Source of the DNA: Candidatus Nitrosymbiomonas proteolyticus
GTDB lineage: Bacteria; Armatimonadota; Fimbriimonadia; Fimbriimonadales; Fimbriimonadaceae
Reading direction: 5' to 3'
NCBI GenBank assembly: GCA_017347465.1
Contig: AP021858.1
Coordinates: 1,256,472 to 1,320,471, forward strand
Length of the DNA: 64,000 nt
Position 1 is the first letter of the stretch. Each line of letters begins with the position of its first letter. Of the stretch, positions 56,650 through 64,000 are shown piece after piece. The notes under the pieces are model-generated. The model had not been told where the DNA came from, searched no databases, and worked only from the letters and a program-made list of their open reading frames with translations. The translations under genes and the position numbers were made by a program.

Positions 56650-56811
56650 CTCACTCCTTTGTCCCTACCGGTCAATCAACTCAGCATCGCCCAAGTTGGG
56701 CTGGCTGCACTTGCCGATGACGTGCCAGAACGCGCTCGCGAGTTGCCGGTAATCCGTTTTCACTGGGCGCGGGAGAAACCAACCCTCAGGTACAACCTTT
56801 CTGTTGTGCTG

Positions 56812-57519
56812 ATGCCTCTGCTCCTATGCCTAGCCCTTCAGGGCGAGATTGCGACGGCTGGGTCGCTCCGGGAGACCATGCGAGAAGGGAAGGTCGAAGT
56901 TCGCTTGGCGCTCGCTCCTTTGAACTCCCAACCCCACCTTTACGCGCTCGGTCCAGTAACCGGCTTGCGAGGCGAGATTACGGTCGTCGACGGGGTCATT
57001 CACGTGGGGACTGTGGTTGGCGGCCGGCCGTTGGCCAAGGTGGAACGCGAGGCGCAGGCCGTGTTTCTGGCTTACACCTATGTCGCGTCGTGGTCGGAGG
57101 TGGCGTCAGGCGATGCCGGGGGGCTTGCCGAGATCGCCTCGGCCCTCTCCCGGACGAAGCGGGAGCGGACTCCCTTTCTTGTGACCGGCCGGGTGAAGCG
57201 GGCCGACTACCATATCATGGATTATAGGCCCGACGGGGGCCCATGGTCGATGGACAAGCACGACCAGGCAAAGGCTAAGTTCGCGCTCCAGGAGCAAGAC
57301 GTCACATTGTTTGGGTTCTACACCGAGCGGGATGAGGATGCGGGGCTGTTCGTTCATCACGGCGAGCGTATTCACGCCCACGTGGTCGCTCAAGGCGCGA
57401 CCGGCCACCTCGACGCGATCACCCTCGAGCCCGGGTGGAAGTTGCTCCTTCCCTCAGGCACGGCCAGTCCGAGGGAGGGGCTGGCGACGCGCACCCCCAT
57501 TTCGGTCTTGTCGCTGTAA
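56812..57519 (+). CDS. alpha-acetolactate decarboxylase-like protein
   Basis: LYALGPVTGLRGEITVVDG and ...LFGFYT...GLFVHHGERIHAHVV resemble the AlsD pattern GxGTF..LDGE....DG ... GxHxHF. Both start and C-terminus are uncertain. Confidence 0.5.
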   Translation: MPLLLCLALQGEIATAGSLRETMREGKVEVRLALAPLNSQPHLYALGPVTGLRGEITVVDGVIHVGTVVGGRPLAKVEREAQAVFLAYTYVASWSEVASGDAGGLAEIASALSRTKRERTPFLVTGRVKRADYHIMDYRPDGGPWSMDKHDQAKAKFALQEQDVTLFGFYTERDEDAGLFVHHGERIHAHVVAQGATGHLDAITLEPGWKLLLPSGTASPREGLATRTPISVLSL

Positions 57520-57562
57520 CCCTCGACCAACTCGAGGACCGTGATGTTCTTGAGGTCGATGT

Positions 57563-57907
57563 TCATGGGAATCTTCCTAGGACGCTTTCAGCCTCTGCCA
57601 GCAATTCGGGAAGAGAGGAGGTCGCGATATCGTAGACGCGGCGATGGTCGAGCGCGAAGTAGCCGTGGGCCAGCACGTTTCGGAATCCGACGATCTCACG
57701 AACCTCAGGCAGGTCCTGAGCAACTTCGGGAAAGTGGCTGCGTAGCTGCGACATCGCCTCACCGACGACGAACAGCTTACGTTCGACCATCGCTCTCAGG
57801 CCCTTGTCGTTCAGGTAATCCTCTTCGGACTTACCTTCCAGTTACTCGAGGGCGTCCTTTCCCTCGGTCAGGATGTCTTCGAGCCATTTTCCCGCGTCAC
57901 GCCGCAT
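57563..57907 (-). pseudogene. hepT: HepT (DUF86/HEPN) toxin gene interrupted by an in-frame TAA
   Basis: MRRDAGKWLEDILTEGKDALE-stop-LEGKSEEDYLNDKGLRAMVERKL...FRNVLAHGY (the RxxxxHxY HEPN motif). The stop is at plus-strand 57842-57844. The start overlaps the MNT stop. Confidence 0.7.
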
Positions 57908-58208
57908 ACAACGTCACCGCCCCCGCTCGCGCGTTTCGAAGGAGCCGCGAATTCTCGATGGCGGGTTCTTCCAGCAGGTCTATCGGCCTCTGAAAAAACT
58001 CCTGCAACCCCTCCAGAAGCCCAAAGAACTGCTCGCCGAGTCTCATGCCGGGCGGCGGCTCGTCGAACTCGACGAGGAAGTCGAGATCGCTTCGCACAGG
58101 ATCAAAACCCTCGCCCACCGCGGACCCGAACAGCTTCAAGCGCCGCACCGCATATTTGCGGCACAACTCGGCCAGCGTATCCGACGTTGCTCGATCGAGA
58201 GAGATCAT
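57897..58208 (-). CDS. mntA: MNT-type nucleotidyltransferase antitoxin
   Basis: LKLFGSAVGEGFDPVRSDLDFLVEF (GSx10-11 SDxDxxV motif). Start at MISLDRATSD. 103 aa. Confidence 0.75.
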   Translation of the reverse strand: MISLDRATSDTLAELCRKYAVRRLKLFGSAVGEGFDPVRSDLDFLVEFDEPPPGMRLGEQFFGLLEGLQEFFQRPIDLLEEPAIENSRLLRNARAGAVTLYAA

Positions 58209-58222
58209 GGCCTTATTTTGAC

Positions 58223-58861
58223 TCACGTGCGCCTTGGCTGGGCGGGGCGGATGCCCCGTCTGCCCCATAGTCGCGCACAACCTTCGTGCCCGTACAAGTG
58301 CACCTCGACCAGCTCGCGGACGGTGATGTTCTTGAGGTCGATCCTCATTGGCAGAGAGGTCTTACCCCGAAGCCTTGCTTCGACGTCGCGAATCTTCTCC
58401 CAAGGTTCTGAGTTTCTTGACTCAATGTCGTCGATTATCCGCTCCTTCTCGTCGATCCACCCCTGAACCTGATCTGCGAAGTCGTCTGACGTTGCGTCGG
58501 TTTTCAGATCTTCGCAGTGATCGATCTGGCCCTTGAGCCTCTCAATCATGTCCTCACCCTTGTCAATCTGGGCGTGCCACCTATCCAGGTGTTCGCGGTT
58601 GCGCTCGACCCATTCCTCATGCTTCTGTTCTTGCATCTCGCGGACCCACTCGCAGACGCGCTGGAAGTCTTCCCAAAGCTCTTCCCGGTCGGATCGCCGC
58701 ATTGGCTTCGTCTCCCGAAACGTCTCGCTGACCTCCTTCGCGTCGGCCCAGAACTCCTTTAGGTCTGCACCCCTAAGGAAGTTTCCGACGTAGTCGAGAT
58801 CGTGGGCGTGCTTCAGATGATTCACTGCGTTCCACACTCGATCTCGATTCTCGTTTAGCAA
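58223..58861 (-). CDS. acidic helical hypothetical protein
   Basis: 212-aa ORF rich in E/D/K/R/W, probably all-helical. The last 40 codons run through direct-repeat copy B, so the native C-terminus is unclear. Confidence 0.5.
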   Translation of the reverse strand: MLNENRDRVWNAVNHLKHAHDLDYVGNFLRGADLKEFWADAKEVSETFRETKPMRRSDREELWEDFQRVCEWVREMQEQKHEEWVERNREHLDRWHAQIDKGEDMIERLKGQIDHCEDLKTDATSDDFADQVQGWIDEKERIIDDIESRNSEPWEKIRDVEARLRGKTSLPMRIDLKNITVRELVEVHLYGHEGCARLWGRRGIRPAQPRRT

Positions 58862-58998
58862 TTGCTCTCTGCGTTCGCGCTGGCTGTGCTGCCGCTCCTT
58901 GACGGAAGCCCTTCCAGGGCTGGCGACGGGGTGGCGAGGGTGAGCGCCCTGGCGCTACGCCCTTGGGATACCTTGGATCCGACCTCCTCCAAGCACCC

Positions 58999-59190
58999 TT
59001 GACACGCGAGACGCGTGCGCTCCTATGGGACGCTTCCACGCGAAGGAAATTGACACGCGAGACGCGTGCGCTCCCAGTGGGACGCTTCCACGCGGAGGGA
59101 CTTGACACGCGAGACGCGTGCGCTCCCAGGGGACGCTTCCACCCGAAGGGTCTTGACACGCGAGACGCGTGCGCTCCCGGGGGCGCTCCC
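58999..59190. repeat. four-copy tandem repeat (51-52 bp period), each unit containing TTGACA plus a perfect 15-bp palindrome
   Basis: TTGACACGCGAGACGCGTGCGCTCC occurs at 58999, 59050, 59102 and 59153. The palindrome is CACGCG-AGA-CGCGTG. The interval sequence GGGACGCTTCCACGCGAAGG is also conserved. Confidence 0.9.
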
Positions 59191-59214
59191 GGGGGCAGAG
59201 AGTATCCTCGCATT

Positions 59215-59667
59215 GTGATCGAGGATCGTCGTTGGCAAGCAGTGTTGGGCAGGATCGCGGGGTTGACCGAGCGGGGGTTCGAGCTGCGCGCGCGGACGAT
59301 GGCCGAACTCGCCCAGATCGAGGGATACGATTGGTGCGGGGTGTATCGGCTCGAAGGGAAGGATTTGGCTCTCGATGCCTTCGTGGGCGAACCTACCGAG
59401 CACACTCGGATTCCGGTCGGCGTCGGGGTGTGCGGGACTGCCGTGGCGAAGGACTCGAACCAGGTGGTGCGGGACGTTCGCGAACTTGAAAACTACCTTT
59501 CATGCTCGGTTCAGACGCGCTCGGAGATCGTGGTGTTGATCAAGGACTCCGAAGGGCGAACGCTGGGGCAGATCGACATCGACGGGCATCGCGTCGGCTC
59601 GTTCGATTCTAGTGACGAGGCCTTTCTGGCTGAACTGGGACGACTGCTCGCCGAACGGTGGGAGTGA
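59215..59667 (+). CDS. GAF-domain protein (free methionine-R-sulfoxide reductase-like)
   Basis: WCGVYRLEG..LALDAFVG....RIPVGVGVCGTAV....VVRDV.......SCSVQTRSEIVVLI is collinear with E. coli YebR/MsrC as remembered. GTG start with TATCCT 6 nt upstream. Confidence 0.8.
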   Translation: MIEDRRWQAVLGRIAGLTERGFELRARTMAELAQIEGYDWCGVYRLEGKDLALDAFVGEPTEHTRIPVGVGVCGTAVAKDSNQVVRDVRELENYLSCSVQTRSEIVVLIKDSEGRTLGQIDIDGHRVGSFDSSDEAFLAELGRLLAERWE

Positions 59668-59695
59668 GTTCGCGCCCTTCGCCCTTGAGAAGCTC

Positions 59696-61429
59696 TTAAG
59701 GCGTTGGCTCGTTCGGAGGCGCAGAATCCGCGACAATCTCGAACACGGCTCCTTCCGAGAGCATTCGGGCCCGAACGACGGCAGCTTCGATGTCGGGTTG
59801 GACGTTCTCTTCGCCGATCAGACTCGCGAAGGCGAACCGCTTGATCAGGTTGGCCGGTTGGCCCCTGAGCCCGCACAGAATCAGGATTCGGCCCGTCGAT
59901 CTCAGGTGCTCGTACAAACTCTCCATAGCATGAAGCCCGGTCGAATCCAGCGCGGTCATGTTTCTGAGCCGCAAGATCACGATTCGAGGCAACGTCGGCA
60001 GTTCTTCTTCGACGATCTCCAGCTTATCGGTCGAGCCAAAGAGAAACGGCCCGTGGATTCGGTAGATGGCGACATCGTCGGGCAGTCCGGTGAGCTGCAA
60101 GCTGTGTCGGAGCCCGTCTTGAATGTACTCAGGGGTCACCCGCGCAACGGTCGTGGTCGTCGTCACTCGTCGAATGTAGAGCAGCGCGGCAAGCACCATG
60201 CCGGCCTCGACCGCGACCGTCAGATCGGCGAACACGGTGAGCACGAAGGTGATCGCCCACACTGCGGCGTCCGCCTTAGTTTGTCGCAAGATGTCGGGGA
60301 TTTCCGACCATTCGCCCATGTTGTAGGCGACCACCAAGAGGATCGCTGCGAGCACGGCGAGCGGGATGCGCTCGGCGAGGCTGGTCCCGATCGCGAGGAT
60401 TCCCAGCAACGTAAGCGCGTGGATCATGCCCGCCAAGGGCGACTTTGCGCCTGATCGGATGTTCGTGGCGGTCCGGGCGATCGCGCCGGTCGCGGGAAGC
60501 CCTCCGAACAGCGGCGAGGTGAGGTTGGCTACCCCTTGGGCGACCAACTCGACGTTGGGGTTGTGCTTGTCCTTCGACATCCGGTCGGCGACGACGGCGG
60601 AAAGCAGCGACTCGATCGCGCCGAGCATTGCGACGGTCATCGCCGGAGAGAGCAAGGGCAGGAGCAACGCGACCCTAAACGTCGGGATTTCCAGCTTCGG
60701 CAATCCGGACGGGATCTCTCCGAACCGGCTTGCAATGGTATCGGTCGGAATCGCGAACGCGGCGACGGCCGCTGTTCCCAACACCATCACGAGGATCGGG
60801 CCAGGGACCTTTTTGAGCCACTTAGCGGCCACGAGCAGAATCACCAGAGAACCGACGGCGACGGAGGTCGTGGCTGCGTCCAGGGTGTGCCAATGGGTCG
60901 CGACGGCCCACATCCTATCCGCAAACTCTCCCGGAACGCGCTCGATGTCGAGGCCGAAGAAGTCCTTGATCTGCGTGCTGGCGATCAGAACGGCGATGCC
61001 GTTGGTAAAGCCGATGACGACGGGTCGTGGAAAGTACTTGACCGCGGTGCCCAGTCCCGTCGCGCCCAGCAGCACGAGTATCACGCCCGCCATCAAGGTA
61101 CACATGAAGAGACCGTCCATGCCGTGCTTTTGGACGATCCCCGACACGACGACCACGAACGCGCCGGTGGGGCCTCCGATCTGAGTGGTGGACCCTCCGA
61201 GGGCCGAGATCAGGAACCCCGCGACCACCGCGCAGTAGATTCCTGATTGGGGAGTGACGCCCGACGCGATCCCAAAAGCCATTGCCAGAGGCAGCGCGAC
61301 CAAGCCCACGGTTACGCCCGCTAAGAGGTCCGAAACGAACTTGCTCCAACTGTAGTCGCGAAGGGCCGTGACGGACTTCGGCAGCCGACTCGTGAGCGCT
61401 TCGGTTAGGTCCAACGAAGGTTTGCTCAA
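59696..61429 (-). CDS. SulP-family anion transporter with C-terminal STAS domain
   Basis: 577 aa, about 11-12 TM helices. Motifs VALPLAMAFGIASGV and PTGAIARTATN, with a C-terminal STAS region (VILRLRNMTALDSTGL). Confidence 0.9.
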   Translation of the reverse strand: MSKPSLDLTEALTSRLPKSVTALRDYSWSKFVSDLLAGVTVGLVALPLAMAFGIASGVTPQSGIYCAVVAGFLISALGGSTTQIGGPTGAFVVVVSGIVQKHGMDGLFMCTLMAGVILVLLGATGLGTAVKYFPRPVVIGFTNGIAVLIASTQIKDFFGLDIERVPGEFADRMWAVATHWHTLDAATTSVAVGSLVILLVAAKWLKKVPGPILVMVLGTAAVAAFAIPTDTIASRFGEIPSGLPKLEIPTFRVALLLPLLSPAMTVAMLGAIESLLSAVVADRMSKDKHNPNVELVAQGVANLTSPLFGGLPATGAIARTATNIRSGAKSPLAGMIHALTLLGILAIGTSLAERIPLAVLAAILLVVAYNMGEWSEIPDILRQTKADAAVWAITFVLTVFADLTVAVEAGMVLAALLYIRRVTTTTTVARVTPEYIQDGLRHSLQLTGLPDDVAIYRIHGPFLFGSTDKLEIVEEELPTLPRIVILRLRNMTALDSTGLHAMESLYEHLRSTGRILILCGLRGQPANLIKRFAFASLIGEENVQPDIEAAVVRARMLSEGAVFEIVADSAPPNEPTP

Positions 61430-61797
61430 CCCAGGGATTCCTCACGATCCGCTTCGCTTTGGAGCAGGGTGAGCGCGCCCTGTACATGCGTGGCGAAGTA
61501 CTTCCGCATCGAGTCGAGGACTTCGCCCAGCGCAGGATCGCTTAGCTGGTACAGGGATTGGCCCCCTTCGCGCCTGCTTTGCACGAGCCCCCTAGCCCGG
61601 AGAAGGCTCAGGTGTTGCGAGAGGTTGGCTGGGCCAACGCCGGTTTGGCTGATAAGCGAGCTGACCGGTTGCTCGCCAACTCGAAGTTGCTCGAGGATAT
61701 GGATTCTCGTAGGGTGCGCGAGGAGCTTGAAAATCTCTGCCTTGAACGCGCGCAGTTGCTCCGCGGGCGAAGGCTCAGAACCCTGGGGAGAGGTCAT
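61426..61797 (-). CDS. ArsR/SmtB-family metalloregulator
   Basis: FKLLAHPTRIHILEQL wHTH. Start at MTSPQG chosen because a TATAAT and an operator palindrome lie immediately upstream. 4-nt overlap with the SulP start. Confidence 0.8.
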   Translation of the reverse strand: MTSPQGSEPSPAEQLRAFKAEIFKLLAHPTRIHILEQLRVGEQPVSSLISQTGVGPANLSQHLSLLRARGLVQSRREGGQSLYQLSDPALGEVLDSMRKYFATHVQGALTLLQSEADREESLG

Positions 61798-61803
61798 CAA
61801 CTT

Positions 61804-61831
61804 ATTATATTCGCAATTGCGTAATTTCGAA
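61804..61831 (-). promoter_or_regulatory. putative leaderless promoter with embedded operator for the arsR-sulP operon
   Basis: On the minus strand: TTCGAA, 16 nt, TATAAT, 6 nt, ATG. The spacer contains the perfect 10-bp palindrome CGCAATTGCG (61812-61821). Confidence 0.5.
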
Positions 61832-61895
61832 AATACTTCAGCCATCGACCTAGGACGTGAGGTCGGCGAAGGGCGGTTGACCGGAGAACAAGGGG

Positions 61896-63866
61896 ATGGC
61901 GTCGGTACAATGCGGCCTCGTGACGCAGTTCGATGTGGTTGTGGTTGGCGCGGGCCATGCGGGAATCGAAGCGGCCTCGGCCGCAGCCCGCATGGGGCTT
62001 CGCGTCGCCTGCGTGACGTTGCGCCTCGACCGGATCGGACACCTTCCCTGTAACTGCTCGGTCGGGGGACCGGCCAAGGGCCACATCGCGCGGGAGGTCG
62101 ATGCTCTCGATGGGTGGATGGGCGTTGCGACCGACCACACTCTCACCCACATTCGAAAGGTCGGGACTCGAAAGGGACCTGCTGTGCAGACGCTCCGAGC
62201 CCACGTATGCAAGGCGGGGTATCCCAAGTGGATGCGGCGGGCGCTCGAATCCCAGCCGAGCCTAACCCTGATCGAGGGGCAGGTTGAGACGGTGCTCCAT
62301 TTGAGGGGCAGCGTCACCGGCGTCCGAGTCTTGAGGGAAAGCACGCCAGTCGAAGACCTGCCGTGTCGGGCGGTGGTGCTGACCACAGGGACGTTCCTCA
62401 ACGGGCTGTGCCATGAGGGTTCGAACAAGACGATCGCGGCCCGGCACGGCGACCCCGCAGTCGAGGGGCTGTCCCGCTTCCTTGTCGAAATCGGCGTCCG
62501 GCTTAGAAGGTTCAAGACGGGTACGACACCGAGGGTGAAACTGAGTTCGTTGCGTCTCGACGGGCTGGAGGTCTTGCCGTCGGAACCGGAAGCGGGCGCG
62601 CTCAGCTTCTTGCACGAGGTTCCGCTGGCCCAACGGCCCCTTTACCCCTGCTGGCAGACCCGAACGAGCGCAGCGACTCACGACCTGTTGCGCGAGAGTC
62701 TGCACGAGAGCGCCCTGTTCTCGGGGCAGATCGAGGGGATCGGCCCGAGGTACTGCCCCAGCATCGAAGACAAGATCGTTCGCTTTGGGGAGAAGGAATC
62801 GCACCCGATTTTCTTGGAGATTGAGGAGTGGGACGGCGAATCGGTGTACGTTCAGGGCTTCAGCACTTCGCTGCCCTCGGAAACTCAAACGCGGGCCCTA
62901 AGGACGATTCCAGGGCTCGAGGCGGCAGAGGTTCTCCGACCTGGATACGCCGTGGAATACGACATGGCGGACCCCTTGCAGCTTCGGCCGAGTTTGATGT
63001 CGAAGCAACTCGACGGGCTGTTCTTGGCGGGGCAACTCAACGGAACGAGCGGGTACGAGGAGGCGGCGGGCCAAGGTATTGTCGCGGGGATCAATGCGGG
63101 GCTTTACGTTCGGGGTGAAGAGGAGCGTCTCTTCACTCGTGATTCGAGCTTTCTCGGCGTAATGATCGACGACCTCGTCACCAAGGGGGTCGAGGATCCG
63201 TACCGGATGCTCACCGCCCGCGCGGAGCACCGGCTGCTGCTTCGGCACGATAACGCCGACCTCCGTTTGACGCCGATCGCGAGGGAACTCGGTGTGTGCG
63301 GGGACGCCCGTTGGGAACGGCTCGAGCGAAAGCGCGACGCGATCGACCGTGGAATCTCGGCGCTTCGGGGCGCCCAATTCGGCTCGCGTCATAACGACTT
63401 GTTGCTCGCCGAAGGACTTCCCGCCTGCGATCAAGCGGTGTCGGCGTTCGAGATGATTCGCAGGCCGGAAGCGTCGCTGTCCAAGGTGCTCGACCTTTGC
63501 GGGCGAGCGGGCTTCGAGGTTCCTCTCAACCCCCCTTCGGGACCGCGCTCGCTCGAAAATGAGGTCTTCGAGGGGATCGAACTGACGGCGAAGTACGATG
63601 GGTATTTGCGCCAGCAGGCGAGGGTGGCCGAGCGGATGAAGCAGCTCGAAGAGATGAGGATTCCCCGCGATCTCGATTTCGCCGGCATGAAAGGACTGAG
63701 CTACGAGACGGTAGAGAAGTTGAGCCGGGTGCGGCCGGCGACTGTGGGGCAGGCCTCGCGCGTGCCCGGTGTGCGTCCGGCCGACATCGCTCTACTGATC
63801 GGCAATTTGCGCGCGGGAAAGGTCCCTCTTCGGGACTCAAGTGCGTCAGGCGTCTCCGGCGATTGA
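61896..63866 (+). CDS. mnmG: tRNA uridine-5-carboxymethylaminomethyl(34) synthesis enzyme MnmG
   Basis: FDVVVVGAGHAGIEAA FAD motif, PRYCPSIEDK, GQLNGTSGYEEAA. 656 aa. Confidence 0.9.
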   Translation: MASVQCGLVTQFDVVVVGAGHAGIEAASAAARMGLRVACVTLRLDRIGHLPCNCSVGGPAKGHIAREVDALDGWMGVATDHTLTHIRKVGTRKGPAVQTLRAHVCKAGYPKWMRRALESQPSLTLIEGQVETVLHLRGSVTGVRVLRESTPVEDLPCRAVVLTTGTFLNGLCHEGSNKTIAARHGDPAVEGLSRFLVEIGVRLRRFKTGTTPRVKLSSLRLDGLEVLPSEPEAGALSFLHEVPLAQRPLYPCWQTRTSAATHDLLRESLHESALFSGQIEGIGPRYCPSIEDKIVRFGEKESHPIFLEIEEWDGESVYVQGFSTSLPSETQTRALRTIPGLEAAEVLRPGYAVEYDMADPLQLRPSLMSKQLDGLFLAGQLNGTSGYEEAAGQGIVAGINAGLYVRGEEERLFTRDSSFLGVMIDDLVTKGVEDPYRMLTARAEHRLLLRHDNADLRLTPIARELGVCGDARWERLERKRDAIDRGISALRGAQFGSRHNDLLLAEGLPACDQAVSAFEMIRRPEASLSKVLDLCGRAGFEVPLNPPSGPRSLENEVFEGIELTAKYDGYLRQQARVAERMKQLEEMRIPRDLDFAGMKGLSYETVEKLSRVRPATVGQASRVPGVRPADIALLIGNLRAGKVPLRDSSASGVSGD

Positions 63867-64000
63867 TTCCAGGCTGTCCACGCGGACAACGAGGGCCGTC
63901 GCGTTGTCGCTGCCTCCACCGGCGAGAGCCTGCTGGATGAGGCTTGCGCACGCATCGGAAACGCCCTCCAACCCGAGCCTTTCGGCGATCACGTTCTCGG
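63846..64000 (-). CDS. PP2C-family Ser/Thr phosphatase, C-terminal fragment (gene continues beyond the window)
   Basis: The minus-strand translation reads ...ENVIAERLGLEGVSDACASLIQQALAGGGSDNATALVVRVDSLESIAGDA-stop. GGSDN(I/A)T is the conserved PP2C C-terminal motif. Confidence 0.6.
   Translation of the reverse strand, partial: ENVIAERLGLEGVSDACASLIQQALAGGGSDNATALVVRVDSLESIAGDA

Noticed and set aside
58999-59190. Possible small CRISPR array (25-bp repeat with 26-27 bp intervals)
   Set aside because: The spacer intervals are themselves nearly identical between units, and there are no cas genes nearby. It is a simple tandem repeat, not a CRISPR.

Overview
This is a high-GC (roughly 60%+) bacterial chromosomal window. 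All calls come from reading the sequence and the ORF track; no database searches were run. The taxon cannot be fixed from the window alone.

Most of the window is housekeeping:
- folP, lysC, rnc, glpX, ychF, lnt, mnmG and a PP2C phosphatase fragment.
- A suf Fe-S operon in the order sufC-D-S-U-T, an Rrf2 regulator, then iscA.
- A deoxy-sugar cluster: a fused RhaEW-like aldolase/dehydrogenase, rhaB, lutABC and a FucI-family isomerase.
- A sigma-54 two-component operon, exopolysaccharide and PEP-CTERM genes, and six tRNAs.

Two accessory patches lie next to tRNA genes.

1. Downstream of tRNA-Arg(CCT) is a decayed gene remnant followed by what looks like a complete chromosomal integron.
- It has an IntI-type integrase and an attI core, GTTAGAC.
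- It has two cassettes, each closed by an attC-like imperfect palindrome.
- Cassette 2 is unusually large. It carries three translationally coupled genes: a PD-(D/E)XK-like nuclease, a beta-class DNA methyltransferase, and a second paralogous PD-(D/E)XK-like nuclease. The second nuclease is frameshifted in a C5 tract.
- Next come a 2.1-copy tandem repeat of about 105 bp, then an intact IS3-family element with a 4-bp target duplication (GATG). The IS sits exactly at the start codon of a small acidic ORF.

2. Downstream of tRNA-Asn(GTT) there are several linked features.
- An acetolactate-decarboxylase-like gene.
- An MNT/HepT toxin-antitoxin module whose HepT carries an in-frame stop. The module is bracketed by a 46-nt imperfect direct repeat.
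- A four-copy, helically phased (51-52 bp) array of a perfect 15-bp palindrome in a divergent promoter region.

One signal runs across the whole window. At least eight genes have a TANNNT-like -10 hexamer exactly 6 nt upstream of the start codon, which suggests frequent leaderless transcription.

Many long ORFs in the track are alternative-frame or antisense artefacts of the high GC content and were not called.
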